A DNA stretch of 64,000 nucleotides from Armatimonadota bacterium (GCA_041690135.1 JAWLHY010000002.1:848342-912341), one strand, 5' to 3'. Positions 27,858 to 37,659 are shown, counted from the stretch's first letter. The notes: generated from the letters alone by a model not told the origin. Numbers and translations: made by a program.

Positions 27858-28919
27858 TTATTCTCCGTGTCTCCGTGCCTCTGTGGTGAAAAGCTCCGAA
27901 TCCCCCGCGACGGCCGCGATCGTCGCCTCCACGTCTTCCCGCCGGATGTGCCGGTGCGTGACCATGCGGATCGTATCCGGGGTGAGCTGCCCCACCAGGA
28001 TGCCCTGCTCCCGCAGGCAGGTGACCAGGGCGGCGCAGGCAGCCGGTCCCTCCGCCAGCCGGAAGATGACGATGTTCGTCTCCACCGTGGCCACGTTCAG
28101 CTCCACTCCCGGAAGTCGGGAAAGCTTTTCGGCGAGCATGCGTGCGTGGTGGTGATCGTCCGCCAGGCGGTCGACCATGCCCTCCAGTGCCACGATCCCC
28201 GCCGCGGCGAGGACCCCGGCCTGGCGCATCCCGCCGCCGACGCCCTTCCGCACGCGCCGGGCCTTCTCGATAAACTCCCGGCCTCCGCAGAGGATCGAGC
28301 CCACCGGCGCGGAGAGCCCCTTGGAGAGGCAGAACATCACGCTGTCCGCGTGGCAGGCGATCCGGGCGACCGGCACCCCCTGCGCCACCGCGGCATGGAA
28401 CACGCGCGCCCCATCCATGTGCACGGGGATCCCCGCCTCTCTCGCCGCGTCATGGATGGACTCCAGCGTCGCCGGCGGGTATACGCTGCCCCCGCCGCAG
28501 TTATGGGTGTTCTCCACGCACACCAGGCCGGTGCGGGCCTTGTAATAGGGGACCTCCGTGTGGATCGCCGCCCGGACCTGTTCCGGGTCCAGCAGTCCGC
28601 GCTGCCCTTCCAGCGTGGCCGGCAGTACGCCGCTGAGCCAGGCCATGCCACCCAACTCGAACTGCACGAGGTGGGAGCTTCTCTCCAGCACCACTTCGTC
28701 ACCCGGCTGCGTGTGGCACTTCACGGCGATGAGGTTGCCCATCGTGCCGGAAGGGACGAACAGTGCCGCCTCCTTCCCCAACATGCTCGCGGCCAGCTCC
28801 TGCAGCCGGTTGACGGTGGGGTCTTCTCCATAGACATCATCGCCCACCTCGGCGCGCGCCATCGCCTCGCGCATGGCTTCCGTCGGCTGCGTCACGGTAT
28901 CGCTGCGAAGATCGATCAT
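27858..28919 (-). CDS. ltaE: Low-specificity L-threonine aldolase
   Basis: [45 protein letters not shown] lysine, GGGMRQ. Confidence 0.96.
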   Translation of the reverse strand: MIDLRSDTVTQPTEAMREAMARAEVGDDVYGEDPTVNRLQELAASMLGKEAALFVPSGTMGNLIAVKCHTQPGDEVVLERSSHLVQFELGGMAWLSGVLPATLEGQRGLLDPEQVRAAIHTEVPYYKARTGLVCVENTHNCGGGSVYPPATLESIHDAAREAGIPVHMDGARVFHAAVAQGVPVARIACHADSVMFCLSKGLSAPVGSILCGGREFIEKARRVRKGVGGGMRQAGVLAAAGIVALEGMVDRLADDHHHARMLAEKLSRLPGVELNVATVETNIVIFRLAEGPAACAALVTCLREQGILVGQLTPDTIRMVTHRHIRREDVEATIAAVAGDSELFTTEARRHGE

Positions 28920-29207
28920 GGGCTTGTGGAATCCGTCCTTCAGAGGTCGTGCGCCCTCTCCTCCGGCGCCGTCTTCGCCTCTATTATCCGACCTCCGAGC
29001 GGCAACCCGCTCACCCTTAGTAGGACACCGGTCGCCCAAAGGTTGAGTTTGGGGTCGGATGGCTGGCGGTAGGCTGGTATGGGAGGCTGAGAACCTGCCC
29101 AACGGAGGCAAGCGGAGAGGGGTCGCCGCTCGCTGCCTCTCTCAACCCGGTGGAACCGCGGCGCCTGCGCGGTATGCTCCCACTCGACCGGCGACGAGGA
29201 GGAACCC

Positions 29208-30248
29208 ATGCGCACCGCCACCGCTCGCTTTGCCCTGCTGCTTGCTCTACTGACTGTTTCGCTGACCGGCTGCGCGGCGGTCGAGGAAGATGGGGACGGC
29301 CGCACCTATGCGGCGGTCCGCTCCCGAGCGAGTGTCGGCGTGGCGGCGGCGCGGGCCCGGCGCACCCGGGTGCCGAAGGACCAGTACCTGGCCATCCTCA
29401 CGAAGCGGCGGGCCGAAAACAGCTTCCAGTTCGGCCGCCTCTCCTGCGACCTGTGGGCGCCCTTCCGCTGCGAGACTTCGGGCGGCCTCTACGATCCCCG
29501 GAAGGCGGCCGCCACGGACGGCGCCATCTTCTGCCTGGAGCTGGACGGCCGGGCCACCAATCCACTCCAGTTCTACGGTATCTGCTCCCAGGTGATCAAC
29601 GGGGGGTTGAACGTCTACGCCTACTCCCACACCAGCGGGAGCCCGCTCGGCAGTCAGTTCTTTGCCGGCGCCACCGAAGTGGATCTCGCCATCGAAGCGG
29701 ACGGCGCCAACCTGCGGTTCCTGGCGCGCCCCACCGGGATCACGAACTGGACCTCGCTGGCGCAGTTCCCGTTCGCGAAGCAGACGATCCCGCTGCTGCC
29801 GGCCCTCGGGGTCTCGCGCATGAACGAGGGCGCGCTGGTGGGCTTCGATAACGCCCAGATCACCAGCAACGGCACTGCCCCAGCGTTGCTCCGGCCGGAG
29901 CAGGTACTCTCCCGCGATATCTGGGAGGCGGTCCACCCGCAGGTCCGGGCGCTGCACCTCCTGGACGGCGCCGGCCCGGACTTCCCCGCCGCCACCGCCC
30001 AGCTCACCCAGGCCCAGGTCCTCCTGGAGACGGCCATCGCGACCGCGGAAAGCACCGACCTGGGCGACCCGAAACTGGACAAGCGGGTGCGCCAGGGCCT
30101 CTCCCGGGGACGGACCTCGTTGAACGTGGCCGTGCGCCTCGCCGGAAAGGGTAAAGGCGCGCCCTCGATCGTCAACCGGTTGAAGCAGGGGCTGCTCCAG
30201 CAGATCAACGCCGCCGGGTTGGCTTACCCGCCGGATGCCAATCCATAG
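29208..30248 (+). CDS. Hypothetical lipoprotein
   Basis: GAGGAGG RBS; lipobox LTGC; beta-rich N-terminal half, helical C-terminus. Confidence 0.75.
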   Translation: MRTATARFALLLALLTVSLTGCAAVEEDGDGRTYAAVRSRASVGVAAARARRTRVPKDQYLAILTKRRAENSFQFGRLSCDLWAPFRCETSGGLYDPRKAAATDGAIFCLELDGRATNPLQFYGICSQVINGGLNVYAYSHTSGSPLGSQFFAGATEVDLAIEADGANLRFLARPTGITNWTSLAQFPFAKQTIPLLPALGVSRMNEGALVGFDNAQITSNGTAPALLRPEQVLSRDIWEAVHPQVRALHLLDGAGPDFPAATAQLTQAQVLLETAIATAESTDLGDPKLDKRVRQGLSRGRTSLNVAVRLAGKGKGAPSIVNRLKQGLLQQINAAGLAYPPDANP

Positions 30249-30525
30249 TATTGTCTGTCGTAGAGGTTGGGTAGGCAGTGACGGGATCAGGGTTGGATGG
30301 AAGGTTGCGGTGAGGTACGTGCTTCCGCCCATTCAGCCCCCCGGCCCCCCGGCCCCCAATCCTGGGGGAGAACCGTAATCGTGACGGCCACCGAGTGCCC
30401 GTGACAGGTGCGAGCTTCCGGCTTTTCGGACTCCCCCAGCCTCCAATCCTGCGGGTGCCTAGCTGGGGAAATCTGGATCCTCTGACGGCTTCCCGATGTC
30501 CACTGCCTGCTGTTCTCCCTTCGAC

Positions 30526-33114
30526 CTACCTCAGGGTTCGGCTGTGGGTCCAGCTCACCGTGTCCCAGAGTTGAATCTGGGCGTCCCCATCCCCAATGGC
30601 GAGAAGGGTCCCCCGGGGGTGCCAGGCCAGGCTCTTCGGGTCGGCCGGGCATTTCAGCCGGTGGGCGAGGGTCCCGGCCTGCGGGTCCCAGATCTGGACC
30701 ACGGGGCTGGCGTTGACGGTCACGGCGAGGAGCTTGCTGTCGGGGCTCCAGGCCAGGCGCTGGTATCCGGGGTGGGCTCTAAACGCTTCATTCAGGCTCT
30801 TCAGGGTGTGCCTGATCTTCAAACCGTCCCCCTCCAGGATGAGGACGCCGGTGGGGCCGGCAGCCGCCAGCAGCTTCCCATCGGGGCTCCAGGCGAGATC
30901 GAGCAAAAGGAAATCCGGTAGGGAGACCTGGTGGATCGGATCGCCGGTCTCCCGGTCGTAAATCACCACGCGGGGGTCCTTCTGGAACGGGCTGCCGGCG
31001 GCGCAGGCGATCCGGGAAGAGGAAGGGTTCCACGCGATGCAGCTTGCGTCGATCGGCAAAACCTTCCCCTGTACCAGTGTGTTTCCGCTGCCGGAGCGCT
31101 GCCAGAGCTGGACGGCCCCCGGCTTGTTGCTCAGTTCATTCCGGGTGTGAGCGGTAGCGAGCCAGCGGCCGTCGGGCGACCACCTGGCCGCGCGCAGCAT
31201 GCCGGCGCTGTCTTCCCAGGGAACGGTTCCGGCGGGCCCGCCGGTCTTCGCGTCCCAGAGCGCCGGGCGGATGCCGGCGGTCACCAGCCAGGATGAGCCG
31301 GGCTGCCAGTGGACCATCGATGCGTTTGCCGCCGTGTCAATGGTCTTGCCGGCGCTGCCGGTTGCCGGCTCCCACACGCGCACGAGGCGGTCCGTCCCCC
31401 CGGCGGAGGCCAGGGCGGCGCCGTCGGCGCTCCAGCTCAAAGCGGCAATCACGTCGCGGTGGCCCACCGGCCGGGATTGCGGATTGGTTGTCCGACGGCT
31501 GGGACGGGCCACGTCCCACAGCCTAACGGTGCTATCCACCCGTCCGCCGGTGGCCAGGTGAGCGCCCGCCGGTGGCCAGGCAACCACGCGCGCATGGTTC
31601 GTGTGACCGTAAAGCACGGCCTGTTCTTTCATGGCCGGTAGGTTCCACAACCGGATGGCGGCGTCGTCGGAAGCAGTGGCAAGCCATTCTCCCGTGGGGT
31701 CCCAGGCGATATCGTTGATGATGCCTTCCTTGCCCTTAAGGCGCGCCACTTCGCGCCCGGAAGGAAACTCACGGACCGCGATGTTGCCGAACCAGCTGCA
31801 AGCGATGCGGGTGTTGTCCGGGCTCCAGGCGAACCCGCCCGTGCATTCGCGGTCGCCTGCGGTGCCCGTGGGCACGTCCAGGCCGGTCGCGGCCTCTACC
31901 AGCTTCACCTCCAGCGCATCCAGGGCGAGGAGAGCCAGAAACCGCCCGTCGGCACTCCACTTGACGTGGCGGAGGATGCCCTTGGCGTTCTCAAGGGTGC
32001 GGATCTCCCTTCGGGTCACCACGTCCCAGAGGCGCACCTTACCCGAGTCGTTATAGGCTATGATGGTTCCGCTGGGATTGATGGCTACGCCTCCGTAGGC
32101 GGAGAACACCTCTCCCGGCATCTCGCGGAGCAACTCTCCGGATTCCGCATCGAGCAATTGGATCACGCCGCTGTCCGCCAGCGCGACCCAGTCGCCGTCC
32201 GGAGCGAGGTCTACCGGCGAAGGGCTGAAGGGGCGGGGCAGATGCGCCAGCTTGATGGCACAGAGCGTCCGGCCGCTCTTGCAGTCCCAGATCCGTGCCG
32301 TGCCGTCTTCGCTGACGGAAAGAAGGCGCTCGCCGTCTTGGCTCCAGTCGAGGCTGATGATTCCCCGCGAATGCCCGAGGAAGACGCGGTCCTGCGAGGG
32401 CGCCGGGGCTTCGACGTTGCGGGCGCGCAGCCGGGTGCTCAGCTCGGATAGGGTGAGGTCCTTCTGATGGGCGGGTCGCTTCCTGAGTAGTCCCGTGGCC
32501 TCGTTGATGGGGACGGCGAAGTTGAGGTTCTGGCCGTCCGTGCGCATGGAACGCACCACGCCGATAACCTGGCCGTCGGCGGTGAACACCGGGCTTCCGG
32601 AACTGCCGGGAGATACCGCAGCGCTGATCTGCATCAGCCGGACCCCCTCGTCGGTGTCGCGGAAGCCGCCGAACAGGCCCTCGGTGATCGTGTTCTCCAG
32701 CCCCCGCGGATTACCGATGACGTAAACGCGCGCGCCCACTGCAACCGTCGCCGAATTCCCCACCGGGACCGAGGGGAGTGCGGCCCCTTCAACTCGCAGG
32801 ATGGCGATGTCCAGGGGCTCGTCGAAGGCCACCACGCGCGGTGATTGCAGCACCCGGCCATCGGGCAGGCGGAGGTCCGCGTCGGTTGCGCCTTCGAGCA
32901 CGTGCAGGCTGGTAAAGACGAGGCCGGAGGAGCCCACCAGGAAGCCGGTTCCCAGCGCGCCCTCCCCCTCGGCCTGCTTCGTGGTAATGAGCAAGACCGC
33001 CTTGCCATTGCGAGCGACGATCTGCTCGGGCTTGAGGTCCGCCGCGCGGACGGCCAGCGGCATCAAGATCAGGAGTCCGAGGTAGCTCAGCAGACGCAAA
33101 GGGTGGGAGAACAT
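30526..33114 (-). CDS. Exported trypsin-like (S1C) serine protease fused to WD40 repeats
   Basis: GTGF, TSLHV, DIAIL, SPGSSGSP catalytic triad; many GH...WSPDG...WD repeats. Confidence 0.92.
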   Translation of the reverse strand: MFSHPLRLLSYLGLLILMPLAVRAADLKPEQIVARNGKAVLLITTKQAEGEGALGTGFLVGSSGLVFTSLHVLEGATDADLRLPDGRVLQSPRVVAFDEPLDIAILRVEGAALPSVPVGNSATVAVGARVYVIGNPRGLENTITEGLFGGFRDTDEGVRLMQISAAVSPGSSGSPVFTADGQVIGVVRSMRTDGQNLNFAVPINEATGLLRKRPAHQKDLTLSELSTRLRARNVEAPAPSQDRVFLGHSRGIISLDWSQDGERLLSVSEDGTARIWDCKSGRTLCAIKLAHLPRPFSPSPVDLAPDGDWVALADSGVIQLLDAESGELLREMPGEVFSAYGGVAINPSGTIIAYNDSGKVRLWDVVTRREIRTLENAKGILRHVKWSADGRFLALLALDALEVKLVEAATGLDVPTGTAGDRECTGGFAWSPDNTRIACSWFGNIAVREFPSGREVARLKGKEGIINDIAWDPTGEWLATASDDAAIRLWNLPAMKEQAVLYGHTNHARVVAWPPAGAHLATGGRVDSTVRLWDVARPSRRTTNPQSRPVGHRDVIAALSWSADGAALASAGGTDRLVRVWEPATGSAGKTIDTAANASMVHWQPGSSWLVTAGIRPALWDAKTGGPAGTVPWEDSAGMLRAARWSPDGRWLATAHTRNELSNKPGAVQLWQRSGSGNTLVQGKVLPIDASCIAWNPSSSRIACAAGSPFQKDPRVVIYDRETGDPIHQVSLPDFLLLDLAWSPDGKLLAAAGPTGVLILEGDGLKIRHTLKSLNEAFRAHPGYQRLAWSPDSKLLAVTVNASPVVQIWDPQAGTLAHRLKCPADPKSLAWHPRGTLLAIGDGDAQIQLWDTVSWTHSRTLR

Positions 33115-33312
33115 GGCGAGTGGTCCGGTGAAAGGGTCGCGGTGGGTGTCGGAAGAACCCTTCACCAGAAGCCGTGCCCGCACCTGCCCGTTAGACAACA
33201 AAGCAGCAGCACAGGGAGAGGAAACCGATGGCAGGGCCTGCGCCGGATTGTCAGCGTTCTGGCCCTAACATTCACTATGTCAGGCCCCTGCCCGAGGCGG
33301 AAGTCCAAACTC

Positions 33313-33375
33313 CCTCACGCCTCACGCCTCACGCCTCACGCCTCACGCCTCACGCCTCACGCCTCACGCCTCACG
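33313..33375. repeat. Heptamer tandem repeat (CCTCACG)9
   Basis: Nine perfect units counted directly; related TTACGCA/TCACGCA units at ~33431-33457. Confidence 0.95.
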
Positions 33376-33621
33376 TTTCATACCCGCCCGAGGCAACCCC
33401 ATCGCCCCCGCACCCGCCTCGCACGAAACCTTACGCATCACGCATTACGCATTACGCCGCCACGTGTCCGAGGTAGCCCCTTGGCCATAGCACCTATCTC
33501 GCACGAACGTCTCACGCCTCTACCCCCAGTACCGCCCCCCATGGCATAATCAGTGCGGTTCCGGACGCCACGGCAGGGAGGCCGGCGCCCGGATCTGGCG
33601 CGAGGTGGGACGAAGGTACGC

Positions 33622-33666
33622 AAAAACGCCCGCCTCGCCGGTGAGGACCGGTGCGAAACGGGCGTT
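33622..33666 (-). terminator. Intrinsic terminator of the original tRNA-Ser locus, displaced by the integration
   Basis: Minus strand aacgcccg...cgggcgtt-ttt immediately 3' of the tRNA fragment. Confidence 0.7.
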
Positions 33667-33671
33667 GCGGG

Positions 33672-33726
33672 ACGGAGAGGGTGGGATTCGAACCCACGGA
33701 GGGTTGCCCCTCACCTGTTTTCAAGA
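33672..33726 (-). repeat. att site: 55-bp duplicate of the 3' part of tRNA-Ser
   Basis: acggagagggtgggattcgaacccacggagggttgcccctcacctgttttcaaga, identical to 56771-56825. Confidence 0.97.
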
Positions 33727-33843
33727 TTTGCCCGTCCCACTTCCCCTATGATCCCCAGGCATCCCATCCCCCCCCTTCCCAGGTACAAAACAAGTGGTCC
33801 AAGTGACCTGCGCCAGCCCCTAGGAACCTAACATTTCCTCTGG

Positions 33844-33867
33844 TCGGTTATACGCCGTGTTATACGG
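33844..33867 (+). promoter_or_regulatory. Putative integrase arm-binding site (tandem GTTATACG)
   Basis: tcggttatacgccgtgttatacgg, identical to 56700-56723. Confidence 0.8.
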
Positions 33868-33992
33868 TGAGCCCCGTAAACGGCGCTGGATTTGAGGTGA
33901 ACCCAGCTTCGGCCACGGGTAGTACCCCGAAACATCTGTTCGCAGTACCTCTCCTAACTTGATAGAAGTGCGGATGACGGAGAGGGCGGAAG

Positions 33993-35852
33993 ATGAAATT
34001 TAATGTGGGTGGGTTTCTGGAAGGGCTGGCGGCGGCGGAAGCCGGGACGGCAGCCGGTAAGGCGGCGGCGGTGCAGTTCATCCAGCGGCGGCAGGCGCAG
34101 GAGTTTCAGCAGCGGCTGGCGGGTCTCCGTGCGGCGGGAGACGCATGGAATGACCAGCAGGGGCGGCAGGTCAACACCCGAAACCTGGCGGGGCGCGAAC
34201 TGGTGAGCCTCGCCCGCATGCAGGGGCTGGACCCGAAAGCGCGGGAAGAGCTCATCCGGCAGGGCATGACCTACTTTGACCAGGCGGCGGTGCTCGGTGA
34301 GGTGCCAAACCCCTACGGGCCGGAAGCCTTCCAGAGGTTCTTGCAGGGCACGCCTTACGGGAAGGGGCTCGACGTGGCCCCCACGCCGCCCGTGGGGCCG
34401 CAGAGAGCGCCCCTTACCCTGCCGAAGGGCGAGGGGCCGTTATTCCGGAAGCCGGCGGCCAAGGCGATTGTGGAGCCGATCCGGGACGCTGCGGACCGGG
34501 CGCGCATCCAGGGGATGGCGGACCGCTACGGGAGCCTGCAGCAGCTCCTGGTGGACCTGGAAGCGGGGAAAGTCACGGACGCGCAGGCCTGGGAGAGTTT
34601 CCGGAAACTCGGACCGACGCCCGAACTGGAACCGCTCCGGAAGTGGAGCGCGGGCGCCGGCGCGCGGATCGGGGGACTGCTGAAGGGGGGCGCATTCACT
34701 CCGCAGGCGCGGGAGCAGGCGCTAGAACTGCAGGCAGCCCTGGAAGAGGCGGCCTCGGCCTTTCCGGTCGATCCGGCGGCCCTGGAACCGGTGCGGGGGC
34801 GCTACCTGGCTTTCCTGCGGGATCCGCGCAACTATCGACCCGACACGCAGCAGTTCCGGGAAGTGCAGGAACAGACCCGCAAAGACGAACAGGAAACGCG
34901 CCTGGCGCAGGGTGCCCACCAGCGGAACCACGCGTATCTGCAGGGGATCGCGAATGCGCTCCGCGCCGGCAATACGGGGCAGTTCCGGGAACTGGTCGGC
35001 CAGCAGCGGGCCTTCGTGGCCGCGCAGCCGGCGGGATACGGGCTGCGGGTGTATGGCGGCGAGGCCCTGGACCCTACCCAGCGGCGAAAGGTCGCGCGCC
35101 GGGTGCCGGGTGAGGGTAGAACGGTCACCAGCCCGGAAACGGACGAGGAAGCCGCCGGCAGGGTGCTGCTGGAAGCCCGGCGGTTTGTGGACGGACCGGA
35201 AGGCGTGAAAGCCCTCATCCAGGGGGCGCGAGGCGAGTTGATGCGCGTGTTCCGGCCCGGTCGCTGGGAGGCGCTTCCGGCTGCAGAACGGCGTACGCTG
35301 CTGGAACAACTCGCCGACCTGACCCAGGAGTTGGGGCTGCCGAAGGTCCTCTCGGAAGGGCTGTACGGCCGTCTCACGCCGTTTGAGCGGGCGCTCGTGG
35401 AGAACCGGACCACCGCGCGCGCCGAGGCGAACCGGCACGTGAAGGAACGACAGGCGCTTACCGGGACCGTCGCGCGGAAGGTCGAGGCGGGGCATCTGAC
35501 GCCCGTCCAGGGGAATATCGTAGGGCTGCTGGTTGAGGATCTCGACCGGCTGCAGGGGGAAGCGGCAGAGCTCCGGCGCGTGCATCCCGAGGAGCGGACC
35601 GACGATCAGCGGAAGCGGCTGGAAGTGCTGACGCGCGGGTCGGGAGTAGTCGAACGGGTCCGGCGGGCGATCCGCGACCTGCTGAACCCCGGGCGCCGTA
35701 ACTGGCCGGCCATCCCCAACAAATGGAGCCCGGCCTTCCAGGGTGCGCGGCGGCAGGCAGTCGCCCGTTACCGGGAACGGTTCGGGGATCCCGACCGCGA
35801 CACGCGGCGAGAGCTGTACTATCTGGTCGAGGAAGGCCTCCTGCGACCGTGA
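33993..35852 (+). CDS. Hypothetical helical protein (619 aa), reminiscent of phage DNA-ejection proteins
   Basis: GGAGAGG RBS, long ORF, own terminator; Gly/Ala-rich N-terminus then Q/R/E-rich helical segments; function is inference only. Confidence 0.75.
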   Translation: MKFNVGGFLEGLAAAEAGTAAGKAAAVQFIQRRQAQEFQQRLAGLRAAGDAWNDQQGRQVNTRNLAGRELVSLARMQGLDPKAREELIRQGMTYFDQAAVLGEVPNPYGPEAFQRFLQGTPYGKGLDVAPTPPVGPQRAPLTLPKGEGPLFRKPAAKAIVEPIRDAADRARIQGMADRYGSLQQLLVDLEAGKVTDAQAWESFRKLGPTPELEPLRKWSAGAGARIGGLLKGGAFTPQAREQALELQAALEEAASAFPVDPAALEPVRGRYLAFLRDPRNYRPDTQQFREVQEQTRKDEQETRLAQGAHQRNHAYLQGIANALRAGNTGQFRELVGQQRAFVAAQPAGYGLRVYGGEALDPTQRRKVARRVPGEGRTVTSPETDEEAAGRVLLEARRFVDGPEGVKALIQGARGELMRVFRPGRWEALPAAERRTLLEQLADLTQELGLPKVLSEGLYGRLTPFERALVENRTTARAEANRHVKERQALTGTVARKVEAGHLTPVQGNIVGLLVEDLDRLQGEAAELRRVHPEERTDDQRKRLEVLTRGSGVVERVRRAIRDLLNPGRRNWPAIPNKWSPAFQGARRQAVARYRERFGDPDRDTRRELYYLVEEGLLRP

Positions 35853-35856
35853 GAAG

Positions 35857-35891
35857 GCAGGCAGCCGGCTCTACTGACGCCGGCTGCCTGC
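35857..35891. terminator. Stem-loop between convergent genes
   Basis: gcaggcagccggc...gccggctgcctgc, 13-bp stem. Confidence 0.65.
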
Positions 35892-35902
35892 AAGGGCAAA
35901 GG

Positions 35903-36394
35903 TCAGAGATCAGCGTCACGCTTGAAGACAGCGATAACTCCTAGGAGAACCCCCACCAGGCGGGGCAGGTCGTGAGTCAGGATTGTCCCGAACGACCAAG
36001 TGAAGTTATCCGGTGAGATACCTGCTAGAACCGGATTAAGCAGCATCCAGGCCACTCCCAGGACGATGGCAACCGAGCGGCGGGAAAAGGGCGCAACCCA
36101 GGCCGCCCCAAAGATCGAAGCTGTAGGGATGACCAGACGCGAAAGGGTTTGCTCCCAGACTGCCAGTGTTTCAGCACTCAGCCTTATGGACGCTTCAGGG
36201 TTCACACCACCAAAGGACACCATGAGTGCCCAGTGCAGAGGGAATGTCGCAAGAAAGCCGATCAACACACCTGCGGGCAACACCAAGATCCAGCGGACCA
36301 TGCATATGAGGAGCGACGGACGGGGTTCGGGGTCATTGTGTGCGTCGCTGGGTTCCGAGTCCCAGCTGCGGTAGGCGAGGCGGGCTTGTTGCAC
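35903..36394 (-). CDS. Small integral membrane protein (~4 TM)
   Basis: GGAG RBS; four hydrophobic segments. Confidence 0.65.
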   Translation of the reverse strand: MQQARLAYRSWDSEPSDAHNDPEPRPSLLICMVRWILVLPAGVLIGFLATFPLHWALMVSFGGVNPEASIRLSAETLAVWEQTLSRLVIPTASIFGAAWVAPFSRRSVAIVLGVAWMLLNPVLAGISPDNFTWSFGTILTHDLPRLVGVLLGVIAVFKRDADL

Positions 36395-36549
36395 AACTGC
36401 ACTCCTTCCAGGTTGGTAGGCACTCTACTAATGGCTTGCCTGTGAGTTCTGTAGAGAACCTGTAAGTTCCTTGATCGATTTCACGGTGGCTTACTAATGC
36501 AGGTGAAGGGGCAGGCGACCCCCAGGGATCGCCTGCCGAGAGGAACGCG

Positions 36550-36810
36550 CTACCGGACGGGCTCCGGCGTGAGGTACTCCGCATCCGGAGCGTGGAACTC
36601 CAGACCGGTGCGGGGTTCGGGCTCGAGGAAGTGCGGCTGGCAGCCATACCACGTTTGCGAACAGCCGCAGGGGGCGTAGTCGTGCTCCGGATGCTCGCCC
36701 AGGTGCTTACCGCGTCCACGATAGACGGAGGCCTTGTGGTAGACGGCGCCGCAGCCGCCACAGGCGCGAAAGTCCGTCTCGTGCATCCGGTCCATAGCGT
36801 AGCTGGCCAT
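36550..36810 (-). CDS. Small Cys/His-rich putative zinc-binding protein (86 aa)
   Basis: GGAG RBS; MASYAMD...CGGC...H...CGC...; directly downstream of the SWIM gene. Confidence 0.6.
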   Translation of the reverse strand: MASYAMDRMHETDFRACGGCGAVYHKASVYRGRGKHLGEHPEHDYAPCGCSQTWYGCQPHFLEPEPRTGLEFHAPDAEYLTPEPVR

Positions 36811-36866
36811 GAGGGTGCTCCGCCCGCGCGGAAGGGTGGGAAGTCCCCCACCCTTCCGGCAGGAGA

Positions 36867-37394
36867 TCAGGCCGCGACGGGGACCGCGACAGGCCGGCGC
36901 TCGGCGACCGGCTGGCCAATCTTGCCTGCGAGCTGCTGCAGGCGCTCGAACTGGGCGGGCGTGACGAACACCCCCAGACCCTGGTGCAGGGCGGCCACGT
37001 GCTTGCAGGAGAGGCCGGTATCCTGGCACACCCCGGCATCCCGGCAGGTGCAGGAAGAGGGCTCCGCCGCGACCGTATAAACCTCGCCGGAGAGGGAGAG
37101 GACGTGCCATACGGGCTGGTCGGGATCCGCGAGCCAGACATAACCGGGGCCTTCTTCCAGGGCGCGCAGGACGCGTTCTTGCTGGAGTTGCTGAAGCAGG
37201 GCTTCCCGCTTCTGATCGCAGGCAGGCAGGCACACCACGAAGTAGCGATTGGCGCTCCGGGCGCGGGTGCTTTCCAGAACCGTGACGCCCGTGTACTGGG
37301 GATCCTCGCGCAGGCGGTCCGCAAACGCGCGGGCCGGCTCTTCGGGCATGAGCTTCGACCGGTAACCGGGGCCTTCGTGAGTTAAAACAACCAT
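36867..37394 (-). CDS. SWIM zinc-finger protein
   Basis: GGAGG RBS; YTV...CTC-x12-CKH SWIM motif. Confidence 0.8.
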   Translation of the reverse strand: MVVLTHEGPGYRSKLMPEEPARAFADRLREDPQYTGVTVLESTRARSANRYFVVCLPACDQKREALLQQLQQERVLRALEEGPGYVWLADPDQPVWHVLSLSGEVYTVAAEPSSCTCRDAGVCQDTGLSCKHVAALHQGLGVFVTPAQFERLQQLAGKIGQPVAERRPVAVPVAA

Positions 37395-37524
37395 GCTGAT
37401 CCTCCGGGATCTGACAGGGAACGGGGCGCTGATCTTAGCGGGTCTGGGCGCCCCGTTCGTGTGTTTCTGGGCAGGCAGGGTGAAGCGGTAGAGGCCGAGG
37501 GGACCCGTCGGCTGCGCTGCCGCA

Positions 37525-37659
37525 CCGTGCTTGCGTGAAAGCGACATTTTGCGGGGGCGGGCAAAGCGCAAGCCCCCTAGCCCGAAGGGTGCCGAAGGCA
37601 GGCTTGCGCTTTGATCCGAGCGCAGCGACCCCGCGTTAAAATGACGCACGCAAGCACGG
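37525..37659 (+). promoter_or_regulatory. Frpo/ssi-like single-stranded DNA promoter hairpin
   Basis: Nested inverted repeats (two perfect 13-bp stems), GNA mini-hairpins, TTGCGC 37604-37609 and TAAAAT 37637-37642 on the 3' arm. Confidence 0.65.

Noticed and set aside
33672-33726. Second tRNA-Ser gene
   Set aside because: Only the 3' part is present (no D arm or 5' acceptor strand); it is the att duplicate
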